The position numbers and the translations under genes were made by a program. A stretch of DNA of 39,142 nt, from contig NC_068985.1 of the NCBI RefSeq assembly GCF_001194135.2, positions 109,239,238 to 109,278,379 of the forward strand. Direction: 5' to 3'. This stretch comes from Octopus bimaculoides. Taxonomy: Eukaryota. This document shows, one piece after another, positions 10,265 to 22,342 of this stretch. The notes under the pieces were generated by a model. That model saw only the letters and a program-made list of their open reading frames with translations, was not told the DNA's origin and did not search any database. How positions within the stretch are numbered: position 1 is the first letter of the stretch; the number at the start of each line of letters is the position of its first letter.

Positions 10265-10804
10265 CTAATCCTTAAAAATAATGAGAGTGTAATAATAGAA
10301 AATTTCAATTACTTCCTAAATACCTGATCAGATTTTAATTGCAGTTCATTTGTTAAATTTTCTCTCATCGTTCTGCATATCCAGGAGCCAATTATGAATT
10401 TATTAAAATCCTTTTGGTGTCTGTCTGTTTTGATGAATTGGTGTTACATTTTCATGCTCAGTGTCAAAAGGTGCCGCGCACTATACATTAAACAATTGTT
10501 AAAAAGCGTCTGCCAGATTATGTGTGAACAAAAGAGGATTGTCGATGTGAAAATGTGTCAATATGAAAAACGTTCCCCTAATATATATACGTACATGCAT
10601 ATATGTTCAGACTTATAAATGCAAACACACACACACACACANNNNNNNNNNNNNNNNNNNNNNNNNNNNNNNNNNNNNNNNNNNNNNNNNNNNNNNNNNN
10701 NNNNNNNNNNNNNNNNNNNNNNNNNNNNNNNNNNNNNNNNNNNNNNNNNNNNNNNNNNNNNNNNNNNNNNNNNNNNNNNNNNNNNNNNNNNNNNNNNNNN
10801 NNNN

Positions 10805-10835
<31 letters not shown>

Positions 10836-13121
10836 TATAATTATTACTAACGCATTGTGTAGAATATATTGTATAAGAGATTGTGTGTAAGGCCAAATCA
10901 ATGCGAAATAAATTTCATATTCTTAGGAGTTAGTAAGACCCCTTAATGGGGGCTTAATCGCTACAATTTAGTCATTTTCCCTAAGCCAAGACGAATGCAA
11001 TTGTAGTTTTGGAAGCTGTAGAGTCACCCGACCATATAAGATGCGCTTTATTTGTAATTCAATGGTACAACAGTGTAAGATAAATTTACATTCCTACAGT
11101 GGATGTGCATGTAACTTAAGTACACAGTCGTGCGTGTGTCTGTACTATATTTTGGTGTATTTGTATGCTTGTGGTTATGTGTTCAAGCTACGAATCTCAG
11201 AGTATCCCATGAATATTCTGAGTTTTCACTATACTTCTAATTGACTGTACGTGGATAAGGCGAAAGAGTTTACTCCTTTTTTACATTTTTTTAATTGCAT
11301 TTGTATTTTGGTGAACTCCAAACTGTTCTAGTCTATAATGTAGATCTACCCAGTAAACTTATGATAATTGACAAAAATTAAAATCAATGATGCAGACATA
11401 AGATCTGTACATGTCTCATTAGTTCTCCCTAGATGTTTCTTTTTTCGCCCATATGTAAGCATGCCTATGTATACATCTATGTACATATATATATGTGTGT
11501 GTATGTACAGCGATGTATGCATGTAAGTACGTATGTATATGTATGAATGTATGTATGTATGTATGTATGTATGCATGTGAGCGCGCGCATGTATGTGTAT
11601 GCATGCACTTGACTTAGTACAATCTGTTGCATGGTTGGGCTATTGCTCACTGAACCAATAACAATACGGAGCCGGCTTGGTAATGAGGTTCAATGAGCGA
11701 ATGAACTCAGAGTTAACGACATCTACCGGCTGGAAAGAAAGAGAAAGAGAGTTGAGAAGGAGAGAAAGAGTGATAGATAGAGAGAGACAGAAAGAATTTG
11801 TTTTTGTTAAGAGAAGGAAACCCCTAATATGACACTTGCGACCTCCTTTGCATCCATCGACGTTAACTTTTTCTTTGTTTTGGGCAAAGGAATATGTTAT
11901 TTAGAGATTAGAATTGAGGTTCTAAAAGGCCTTTCCTCACATTACAATTCTTCTAATAGTAACTAATTCTATGACAGTTTTTAAGGTATATATCAACATG
12001 AGCTGTAACTCTCATATCTTCTGTTAGAAGACCCCCATCAAAACTACACAATCACCAAATTATGAAGGTCTCTAGCGGGACTTAAAGGCCACATCAGTAC
12101 TACTTGAAGCGAACAATCAAGCAATGGCATTGCTGGAAAATGAGTTGCAGCCATCACATATGCATATGTGTAAGTATTACGTTTTTTATCTTTCAAGTTT
12201 ATTTAAATTTTCTTTTAGAATGTTCAAGCTAAAAAAGCAAGACATTTCGAGTTAAGGGAGTTCCTGGATTTTGTATATATGTGTTTGATATGGTGTGTTG
12301 GTTGAACTGCCAATACATATACCCAAGTTACTCTTCCTTTTTGCCTCAGTTGAAGAATCTTTAGAATGTCTTACAAATCGTCACTGTGCACTAATAGATT
12401 GGATTTGGAGATTGCAAGAGGTTTTTGTTCTTTCTTCAAAACACCTAGTATTTCTATGCTTTTATGTATCTATGTATGTATGTATTATGTACGTATGTAT
12501 GTATGTACATATGTATATATATTTCTCCTCTGTTTTCAATCATTTAAATTCTTCCGCTGGAAAAAAGAAAACACACATGGTTTCTAACAAAGATACAAAT
12601 CTCCATCGTTAGAATGCAGATAACGAAAAGAATATCAGATTTTAAACTCGAGGAAAGTCTTGCATAGTTTGACTGTTCCGCTTACAGATTATATTCGTAA
12701 TCTGCGAGGAAGTTAGTTGCTTTCTTTTTCGAAAAGTTCAAGCTTATCCTGACTGTGAGTTAGAAATGTATGTATGTATGTATGTATGTATGTATGCATT
12801 TTCGTACTTACGTACGCACGTACGTACGAATGTATGCATTTGTGTATGTGGGTATGTAGGCATTTATGTATATAAGTTTATGTAGTATGGCGTGTGTGTG
12901 TTATAGTATTTACTTCCAGCGTTCTTATTCCTAGCGGGTTGTGAGATCACGTTCAAGCTCCTTCACCACTATACATCACACATTTTTTATTCAAATCTAT
13001 ATGTTGCGTTTTGTAGAAAATTCAGTATATATTTCTTGTAAGTCGATCAACCACATAGACACTATCATATCTGTTCGCTGTTTATATTGGTGGCATACAT
13101 GTTTGCAGGTATATCTTTATG

Positions 13122-13155
<34 letters not shown>

Positions 13156-14014
13156 NNNNNNNNNNNNNNNNNNNNNNNNNNNNNNNNNNNNNNNNNNNNN
13201 NNNNNNNNNNNNNNNNNNNNNNNNNNNNNNNNNNNNNNNNNNNNNNNNNNNNNNNNNNNNNNNNNNNNNNNNNNNNNNNNNNNNNNNNNNNNNNNNNNNN
13301 NNNNNNNNNNNNNNNNNNNNNNNNNNNNNNNNNNNNNNNNNNNNNNNNNNNNNNNNNNNNNNNNNNNNNNNNNNNNNNNNNNNNNNNNNNNNNNNNNNNN
13401 NNNNNNNNNNNNNNNNNNNNNNNNNNNNNNNNNNNNNNNNNNNNNNNNNNNNNNNNNNNNNNNNNNNNNNNNNNNNNNNNNNNNNNNNNNNNNNNNNNNN
13501 NNNNNNNNNNNNNNNNNNNNNNNNNNNNNNNNNNNNNNNNNNNNNNNNNNNNNNNNNNNNNNNNNNNNNNNNNNNNNNNNNNNNNNNNNNNNNNNNNNNN
13601 NNNNNNNNNNNNNNNNNNNNNNNNNNNNNNNNNNNNNNNNNNNNNNNNNNNNNNNNNNNNNNNNNNNNNNNNNNNNNNNNNNNNNNNNNNNNNNNNNNNN
13701 NNNNNNNNNNNNNNNNNNNNNNNNNNNNNNNNNNNNNNNNNNNNNNNNNNNNNNNNNNNNNNNNNNNNNNNNNNNNNNNNNNNNNNNNNNNNNNNNNNNN
13801 NNNNNNNNNNNNNNNNNNNNNNNNNNNNNNNNNNNNNNNNNNNNNNNNNNNNNNNNNNNNNNNNNNNNNNNNNNNNNNNNNNNNNNNNNNNNNNNNNNNN
13901 NNNNNNNNNNNNNNNNNNNNNNNNNNNNNNNNNNNNNNNNNNNNNNNNNNNNNNNNNNNNNNNNNNNNNNNNNNNNNNNNNNNNNNNNNNNNNNNNTATA
14001 TATATGGATGTATT

Positions 14015-14061
<47 letters not shown>

Positions 14062-14086
14062 ATATATATATATACGGATGTATTTG

Positions 14087-14117
<31 letters not shown>

Positions 14118-16234
14118 ATATCTACATGTACATGTACATGCAGCGATATATAATGACATGCATTATCGCCTGGTGACTAAATAAAATGCAATCGATTTAC
14201 GTATTTATGTTTTCGTCCAAATATGTGCTACGGCTTCTAAGTAGAATATGTATACATCTAAGTGTATCTTAAACGGTAAATTTTGTGTCGCAGTAAATGG
14301 GAAGTATCTAGCTAGGCGACAGGGACTCGGCAGCTGGGATTTTGCTGGCTCTCGGGAATATTTGTTGTTACTTTTTTTCTTGTTAATCCTGCTGTGATTG
14401 CCGTGCTTTTAACTCTTGTCTTCATTGTTTGATTCTAAATCAGCCCTGTTTAAACAGACTCTTTCTAAAGTAATTCCATCCGTGACTATGTTGGTTTTTT
14501 ACTCAGACAGAAATTGGTTTTGAATAAAAGATACACAATGGATGGATACGCCCGGATATCCACAATAAAGCGCTTCACAAATCAAACCTGACTTGCTGCT
14601 AATTAGCCACAATTAAATTTCTAACTGGCTAATCAACGAGGTGCAGTCATTTTAATTGGTCAAGCTAATTGCTGCCCAGTTAATAGAAATTGGCTGACAC
14701 CCAGTTATTATGTCCCCCAGACAGAGTAATTCAGAGAGAAAAGTCTTCTGTCTAATTTTATGAGTTGATATGTAGTAGTACTATGTTCGAAGTTCAAGGT
14801 TCAATCCACTGCGTGGTAACCTGGAAGTTCTCATTTTCTTTGATACCTCGGGTTCAGACAATGCGAGGGAAATATTATTAATTGAAACGGTACAGAAGCC
14901 CATCTTGCGGATTGTACCAGTAATTCAATGTGTACAAACTCTCCAGCATACACTGGGTTACATTTATTCTGTTTAAGAATTACGTCAGGCGTACAAGTGT
15001 AGACTACACCATGGTTTATGAGTTAAAAAATAGATCATTGATCATTCACGAGCTATATTTTCATAAAGATATTTTGCCAGATTTTGTGACGTGAAATATT
15101 TCCCTCTGGACAGGATGCCGGTCCGTCACAGGATAACTTTTTTTTGCCATCTGAGTGAACTGGAACGATATGATATAAAATACTTTCCTCGTGAACACAA
15201 CATATCACCGTGGTTACTTTATTCCTCAAAGCTTGGTGAATGAAAGGCGAATAACATAGTACCTTGTCCAAACACTCCATAGGACGATCACTATATCAAT
15301 TGTCTTATCTTCCACACAGAGAGAAGGAATTCGTATTTAGAAATTAAAAGGAAAAACGAAACTAGTGGGGAGTTAGTTTCCATTGGAAGCGGCGTATATT
15401 TTTCAAAAGTAAAATGTATGTTCTTTCTATTTAGACGTTATAGTGGAAAAAAGCCAAATAAAAGACAAGAAAGAAAACAAGAATGAATGGGAAAATGTAA
15501 AATGATAAATTCCGTTAGGTATATGTAAAGACTTAAAGGGGAGGATTAAAAGGAAGAAAAAGAATATGTGTTCCACATGTAAAATACATTCAGAAAAGAT
15601 TAGTAAGCAGAACGCAGGGAGATAAATGCATTTATAGGTCTGATGTGTAAAGATATTAATACATAAGTAAATCTAAAAACAGTTATTAGTGTGCCGGATT
15701 AGTATCATAACTATAAAAATTTCCATTTACACAATACAAGATTTTTTCAGAGATTATATTTTGTGAAAGCTGAAGGTTGCTTTAAACTAGTGTTCAGAAG
15801 TATGTAAGTTCTTATGAACAAGTTCTTATTTTTTTACCCCCTTTCATCAGAGCAACGACAATATATTTCCTTTCTGGTCAAGTAATGTCTCGATCTATAC
15901 ATGATATTCTATCACATATTCTTAATGAAAAGATTTTCCTTTAATTTAATTTAGGTTGTTTCTCCTTTCTATGTGTCTAAACAGATAATATCGTTCTAAT
16001 GCACTTTTTTAAAGTTCTTTTCATTAATGCATATTTAGTGTTTCCGCGCTAGCCTAGATTTGGTTTACCAGATGTGAACTTCTTATGTACTATAGTTTCT
16101 GCATAGTGAAACATATTAAGTGGGCACGATCGTTTTCAAATAGTAAAATTCATATGTATGTATGTATGTATGTATGTGTGTATGCATGTATGTATGTACG
16201 TATGTATGTATGCATGCATCTATGTATGTATGTA

Positions 16235-16284
<50 letters not shown>

Positions 16285-17443
16285 AGTAAAAATAAATACA
16301 AAAAAAGGTGGATTTTTTTGTATGATTGTGTATAGAGGAATATATTATTTTGCTTAAAAGAGTTCCAACACTGTCTGTTTTTTATGTTTTATTTATATTC
16401 CTGCAGAACTAATGTGGGGTATAGAATATGGAATATACAATATATAATATAATATACAATATATAATATAANNNNNNNNNNNNNNNNNNNNNNNNNNNNN
16501 NNNNNNNNNNNNNNNNNNNNNNNNNNNNNNNNNNNNNNNNNNNNNNNNNNNNNNNNNNNNNNNNNNNNNNNNNNNNNNNNNNNNNNNNNNNNNNNNNNNN
16601 NNNNNNNNNNNNNNNNNNNNNNNNNNNNNNNNNNNNNNNNNNNNNNNNNNNNNNNNNNNNNNNNNNNNNNNNNNNNNNNNNNNNNNNNNNNNNNNNNNNN
16701 NNNNNNNNNNNNNNNNNNNNNNNNNNNNNNNNNNNNNNNNNNNNNNNNNNNNNNNNNNNNNNNNNNNNNNNNNNNNNNNNNNNNNNNNNNNNNNNNNNNN
16801 NNNNNNNNNNNNNNNNNNNNNNNNNNNNNNNNNNNNNNNNNNNNNNNNNNNNNNNNNNNNNNNNNNNNNNNNNNNNNNNNNNNNNNNNNNNNNNNNNNNN
16901 NNNNNNNNNNNNNNNNNNNNNNNNNNNNNNNNNNNNNNNNNNNNNNNNNNNNNNNNNNNNNNNNNNNNNNNNNNNNNNNNNNNNNNNNNNNNNNNNNNNN
17001 NNNNNNNNNNNNNNNNNNNNNNNNNNNNNNNNNNNNNNNNNNNNNNNNNNNNNNNNNNNNNNNNNNNNNNNNNNNNNNNNNNNNNNNNNNNNNNNNNNNN
17101 NNNNNNNNNNNNNNNNNNNNNNNNNNNNNNNNNNNNNNNNNNNNNNNNNNNNNNNNNNNNNNNNNNNNNNNNNNNNNNNNNNNNNNNNNNNNNNNNNNNN
17201 NNNNNNNNNNNNNNNNNNNNNNNNNNNNNNNNNNNNNNNNNNNNNNNNNNNNNNNNNNNNNNNNNNNNNNNNNNNNNNNNNNNNNNNNNNNNNNNNNNNN
17301 NNNNNNNNNNNNNNNNNNNNNNNNNNNNNNNNNNNNNNNNNNNNNNNNNNNNNNNNNNNNNNNNNNNNNNNNNNNNNNNNNNNNNNNNNNNNNNNNNNNN
17401 NNNNNNNNNNNNNNNNNNNNNNNNNNNNNNNNNNNNNNNNNNN
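13156..17443. other. Region containing the two largest assembly gaps (~13156-13995 and 16472-17443)
   Basis: N runs flanked by simple repeats. Further gaps at ~2738, 10642, 18202, 28989, 32980, 33677, 36246 and 37877. Confidence 0.97.
15061..15213 (-). mobile_element. Old CORE-like SINE fragment
   Basis: Reverse complement gttgtgttcacgaggaaag...ttccagttcactcagatgg...gtgacggaccggcatcctgtccag shares the cagttcactcag motif with 22081 and the gga.tggc.tcc.gtccag motif with 8976. Confidence 0.55.
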
Positions 17444-17489
<46 letters not shown>

Positions 17490-17853
17490 GGTGAGTGTGT
17501 TTGCATGTGTATAGGTATATCCATGCATACATACGCACACACACACGTACATATATGCATGCATATATTTATAAATGCACATATTTATATATATATGCAC
17601 GTATATACATTCATATGTATTAATACATGTATGTACGTACGTACGTGTGTATGTAGGCCTGTATGCATTCTTGTTATGAACGGCCTGTCATTTAGAAGAA
17701 CTGCAATAATATTTTTCTTACTATTTGTGGCTTCAAAATTTTCTTAAGTTGAATATGTTCCACATATATTTCGAGTAAATCCCTTACGTGCGAGAATATA
17801 TGAAAGTTTAGTGATGGAGGCTGCGGTTCAATTATTTGTTTATCTCTCCAATG

Positions 17854-18069
17854 GCAGATCGTGGTCGGTTCTAAATATTTTAAGCATATGCATATATACA
17901 TGTATGTGTGTGGCCTACTTATCTGTATATACGTACGTACGTACGTACGTACGTATGTATGTATGTATGTATACGTACGTACGTACGTACGTATATACAG
18001 ATAAGTAGGCCACACACATACATGTATATATGCATATCCTTAAAATATTTAGAACCGACCACGATCTGC
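17854..18069. repeat. 216-bp near-perfect palindrome centred on (TACG)n/(TATG)n
   Basis: ~97-bp arms with a single mismatch (aagcata/aaggata). Confidence 0.95.
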
Positions 18070-18131
18070 TTAATTTAGACGACAATTTATTAACCGCACT
18101 ATGTATATATATATACATATATATATATATT

Positions 18132-18184
<53 letters not shown>

Positions 18185-18415
18185 ATATACATATATATAT
18201 ANNNNNNNNNNNNNNNNNNNNNNNNNNNNNNNNNNNNNNNNNNNNNNNNNNNNNNNNNNNNNNNNNNNNNNNNNNNNNNNNNNNNNNNNNNNNNNNNNNN
18301 NNNNNNNNNNNNNNNNNNNNNNNNNNNNNNNNNNNNNNNNNNNNNNNNNNNNNNNNNNNNNNNNNNNNNNNGTGTGTGTGTGTGTGTGTAAGACTGTGGC
18401 TTTGCAGGATGCACC

Positions 18416-18452
<37 letters not shown>

Positions 18453-19030
18453 ATTGGCAGATCAGATTATGTATGTATGTGTGTATGTATGTATGCGTTT
18501 GTTTTGTGTGCCTTTGTACATATTTGCATAGATGTTCTTCAGGCTTTTTCTTGCATTGCTTTGTCATGACACATTAATATCGAGACAATCGCTGTAAACT
18601 GAAATTGTTTATATGTCTGTCGGATGAAAAGAAACTTAGAATATTACAATGAATTTCTGCTATAAAGTCTCACATCAATTCTTACAAAATGGATGTTCCG
18701 AAACTCTTTGGAATATTTATGTTATAATAAGTTGGCAATTCCGTCTGCAAATTTCTCATGGAATACAACTCGTGAGCACGTCGTACATACAAACTTACAC
18801 AAAAGCATATACAGGCAAATACTTAAATAAGAACATATATACACGACTAAATATGTAGAAGGTATATGTAGCGAGGACGGTTGCGTTTATGTATGTCTGT
18901 GTGTGAGAGGGTAAGTTTATGTGTGTCTCTGTATGTGACAGAGAGAGTGAGAGGGAGAGGGAGAGAGAGAAAGAGAGTGTATGTGTGTGTGTGTTTATGT
19001 GTATTTGTGTGTGTGTGTGTTTGTGTGTGC

Positions 19031-19093
<63 letters not shown>

Positions 19094-19929
19094 TGTGTGT
19101 GTGGGAAGGAGGTAATAAGATGTTTCTTAAGCCGATTCCAGCTCTCTTAATATCTAAATATGTACAATTTCGGTGAATTATATAGGCTCTTGGTCCGCAT
19201 GTTCTCACTCCAAATAATTTACATTTTTGACGGCTTAACGAGAGGAGAAAAAGCTATGCCTATCACTATCACAGCTTCTCCGAGACAGTGTTGGAAAAGC
19301 AAGAAGAAACCTACGCCCATAGGTCTTCTATAACAGGAAACGTGAAATAAAACGGAACGCATCTAATAGCATCTAATGTGACGTGATGTGAAAAGAGAAT
19401 GGTAGGTTAGGTCTAGTGTCCAAGAAAATATACATATATCAAGATATTGCGCTCGATTCCACTATCTTAACTGAAACAATCATTAATACGTACAATGAGT
19501 GCATTTAACAGAAGCAAAGCATTCGACCGTATTTGTTGTAAGAAACAATAGCTTCCACTTCTATAATCGCCAATCGTCTCTCCATTCAGATCATTTTCAG
19601 ACAGCGCATTGCAATGTATAACGCTAGTGTTCATTCCAACATAAACTACAAAGTAAAGTAAATATCTCTTTCGCTTTTTCCTATGCACATTGATTGCCTC
19701 GCTGCCGTCATGCATAATAACTTACATTTAATATGCAGATATCGCTTTATGTTAGTCTTCCTACATATGTCGCTCATAGGCAAGATTTATACACATGTCA
19801 GACGCACAGCTGAAAGAAAACATTCAGTCGAATCATGATTTAATCTCTTTTAGCAGCTCATATCAATTAAACAGTTTGTTGTCAGCTATGAAGTCAAGAA
19901 CAGCGTAATAAAGAGCTGATCCATACTTC

Positions 19930-20240
19930 AGATCAAATCATTTTCAAGAATAAATTTAATTCCAGGTTGCAGTACTGGCTAAATCGGTGAGGCGGTACTG
20001 TCTTTGTACTCACACGCAAACAGACATACTCACACACACAGACACAAAGACACGAACACACACACACGGACACACACACATGGACACACACACACACACA
20101 CACACAGTTATACACAGACACTAGGAGGACATCCTCATCAAAATTCAAAAGAATACTTTTGTCAAATATTCGATCACATCTGATGGCATTTTCAAGGATA
20201 AACTTAATAGCAGGTTGCATCACTGATAATATCTATGAGA
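19930..20240 (-). mobile_element. Two decayed Penelope-like reverse-transcriptase fragments
   Basis: ILSVMQPAIKFILENAIRCD...LLNFDEDVLL (20240-20110) and PVLQPGIKFILEND (19980-19935) resemble the PLE RT motif LN..HP.IKFT.E....(L/I)NFLDV. Confidence 0.5.
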
Positions 20241-20400
20241 TGGTATTGTTACTAAACACACACACACGAACGCACGCTCACACTCATACAGACACGCACA
20301 CACACTCACACTCATGCATAAAACACACACACACATATATACACACAACACACACGTATATACACACAACACACACACGGACATTCTCGTCAACATCCAG

Positions 20401-21045
20401 CAGAATGTACATTATTTATAATGGAAAATATGTAAACACTACAAAATCAGCACTTGTAGGTAGTGGTATAATCGTCATCCTAAGCCAGTCGTCGAAGGTA
20501 AAAATGTCACTGTCTTCTTGGATTTTCGAGTCAACACCGACAGAACTATCTAGGTTAATCGACCAGACATAGTCATTAAAGACAGGGAAGGAAATACTTG
20601 TAGAGTAATAGATGTAAGCGTTCCCACTGATAAAAATATATCTGTAAAGGAATTTGACAAATTAAGTAGATATGAGGACCTGGAAATTGAAATACAAAAG
20701 ATGAGGCATCTTAAAGCGAAAACTGTTTCTGCTATTATGGCCGCCCTAGGTATGATAAGAAAGGGATGTCAGAAACATCTAGGTAAAATCCCAGGAGAAC
20801 CATGTCTCAGAGAAATCCAACAGATTGTGTTGACAAGTACCATCCACCTCCTTAGAAAAATACCTTAACGATTTCAACGACTGTGTTGTATTACATGAAG
20901 ATATTTCGCTACTTCCCCTGCCACTTCCCCTCCCCAAGTTTTCAGTTATACTGTAACGTCTCTCATCCTTCACTCGCGCTAGGAGGCTGGTTGTGTCTCG
21001 GCAAGTGATTGTAACAAACATGCAGATTAAAAGTAAATAACAACA
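20401..21045 (+). mobile_element. R4/Dong-clade non-LTR retrotransposon, old 5'-truncated 3' end (restriction-like endonuclease domain plus probable 3' UTR)
   Basis: 20401-20868 is a single frame with 3 premature stops: WKICKHYKI...WYNRHPKPVVEG...DRTI*VNRPDIVIKD...VIDVSVPTDKNISVKEFDKLSRYEDLEIEIQKM...LLRKIP* (PD..D-x-K RLE motif). It runs into (CAA)/(TAA)n. Confidence 0.85.
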
Positions 21046-21062
21046 ACAGCAACAACAAGAAC

Positions 21063-21104
<42 letters not shown>

Positions 21105-21105
<1 letters not shown>

Positions 21106-21620
21106 GATGGTATAAACACACACCAGAAAAGGTCACAGAAAACGAGAAAGCAACCATACTCTGGGATATGCCAATACACACAGATAGAGAAATTAAGGCA
21201 AATAGACCAGATATAGTTGTCAAAGATCATGAAGAAAAAATGCTTTCTAATTGATGTATCAATACCAGCAGATGACAACGTTTCTCAAAAAGAAATGGAA
21301 AAACTTTCAAAATACAAAGACCTGGAAATAGAGGTAACTCGAATGTGGAATCTAAAAACAGAAACAATTCCTATCATAGTAGGTGCCTTAGGTATAATAA
21401 AAAACATATTCAGACAAATACATAACAAAAATACCAGGATTTACAAATATATATAACATACAGAAAATTGCACTACTGGGTACTGCACACATCCTACGCA
21501 AAACACTTTCAATACAGTAACCATAAGAGCATCACAGCAAACCACAGCACATGCCCAAGGCACACAGAGCTGCGCTCGGTAGTGAAGTGAAAGCACGTTA
21601 AAAAAATAAAACTACTGAAC
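21105..21620 (+). mobile_element. R4/Dong-clade non-LTR retrotransposon, younger 5'-truncated 3' end
   Basis: WYKHTPEKVTENEKATILWDMPIHTDREIKANRPDIVVKDHEEK/CFLIDVSIPADDNVSQKEMEKLSKYKDLEIEVTRMWNLKTETIPIIVGALGIIK/...IQKIALLGTAHILRKTLSIQ*. Only small frameshifts; (TAA)n on both sides. Confidence 0.9.
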
Positions 21621-21677
<57 letters not shown>

Positions 21678-21679
<2 letters not shown>

Positions 21680-21888
21680 TCGTTTCTACCAAAGGCACAA
21701 GGCCTGAAATTTGTGGCGGGAGAAGTCGATTACATCGCCCCACTGTTTCACTAGTACTCAATTTATCGATCTCGATAGGATGAAAAGGAAAATCGTCCTC
21801 GGTGGAATTTGAATGCAGAACGTACAGAAAGACGAAATGCTGCTAAACATTTCGCCCATTGTGCTCGCAATTCTGCCAGCTCGCTGCC
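21678..21888 (-). mobile_element. SINE family A
   Basis: Reverse complement begins ggcagcgagctggcagaattg; family A core; ends in an (ATT)n tail shared with the adjacent R4 insertion. Confidence 0.88.
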
Positions 21889-22080
21889 TTAAATAACACA
21901 TATAACATTGCATTACTCCTGATAACAAATTGTATATCATATTATATTCATAATATCTTCTCTACTATGAACTCAAGATCTGAAATTTACGGGGAGGAGC
22001 TTTGTCGATTATATACGTGTAATCAACTAAGCCAGCCCCTCTCAAGAGTTTTCTATTTGTCTGGAAAAGAGTAGAATGGA

Positions 22081-22342
22081 TTGTGTGTCGTGTTGTTGAG
22101 CAAGACACTTTATTTCACATCGCTTCAGTTCACTCAGCAGTAGAAATGAGTTGCGATGTCACTGGTGCCAAGCCTTATTGGTCTTTGTTTTTCCCTTGGA
22201 TAACATCAGTGGCGTGGAGAGGGGAGGCTGGTACGCATGGGCGACTGCGAGTCTTCCATAAACAAACTTGCCCAGACTTGTACCTCGTAGGGCAACTTTC
22301 TAGGTGCTATCCCACGGTCATTCATGACCGAAGAGGGTCTTA
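22081..22342 (+). mobile_element. CORE-like SINE fragment
   Basis: gtgtcgtgttgttgagcaagacactttatttcac...ttcagttcactcagcagtagaaatgag resembles the CORE domain consensus as recalled. Confidence 0.6.

Noticed and set aside
12080-12260. Plus-strand gtaagt...tttag 49-nt intron-like segment (12170-12218) after an open frame (DLKATSVLLEANNQAMALLENELQP)
   Set aside because: An in-frame stop lies just upstream, splicing creates a stop at the junction, and no family is recognised.
19500-19660. Minus-strand segment after a strong acceptor with MERRL...RSGSYCFL, vaguely like the helix-5 exon
   Set aside because: Needs frameshifts, and the upstream part does not align; not distinguishable from chance.
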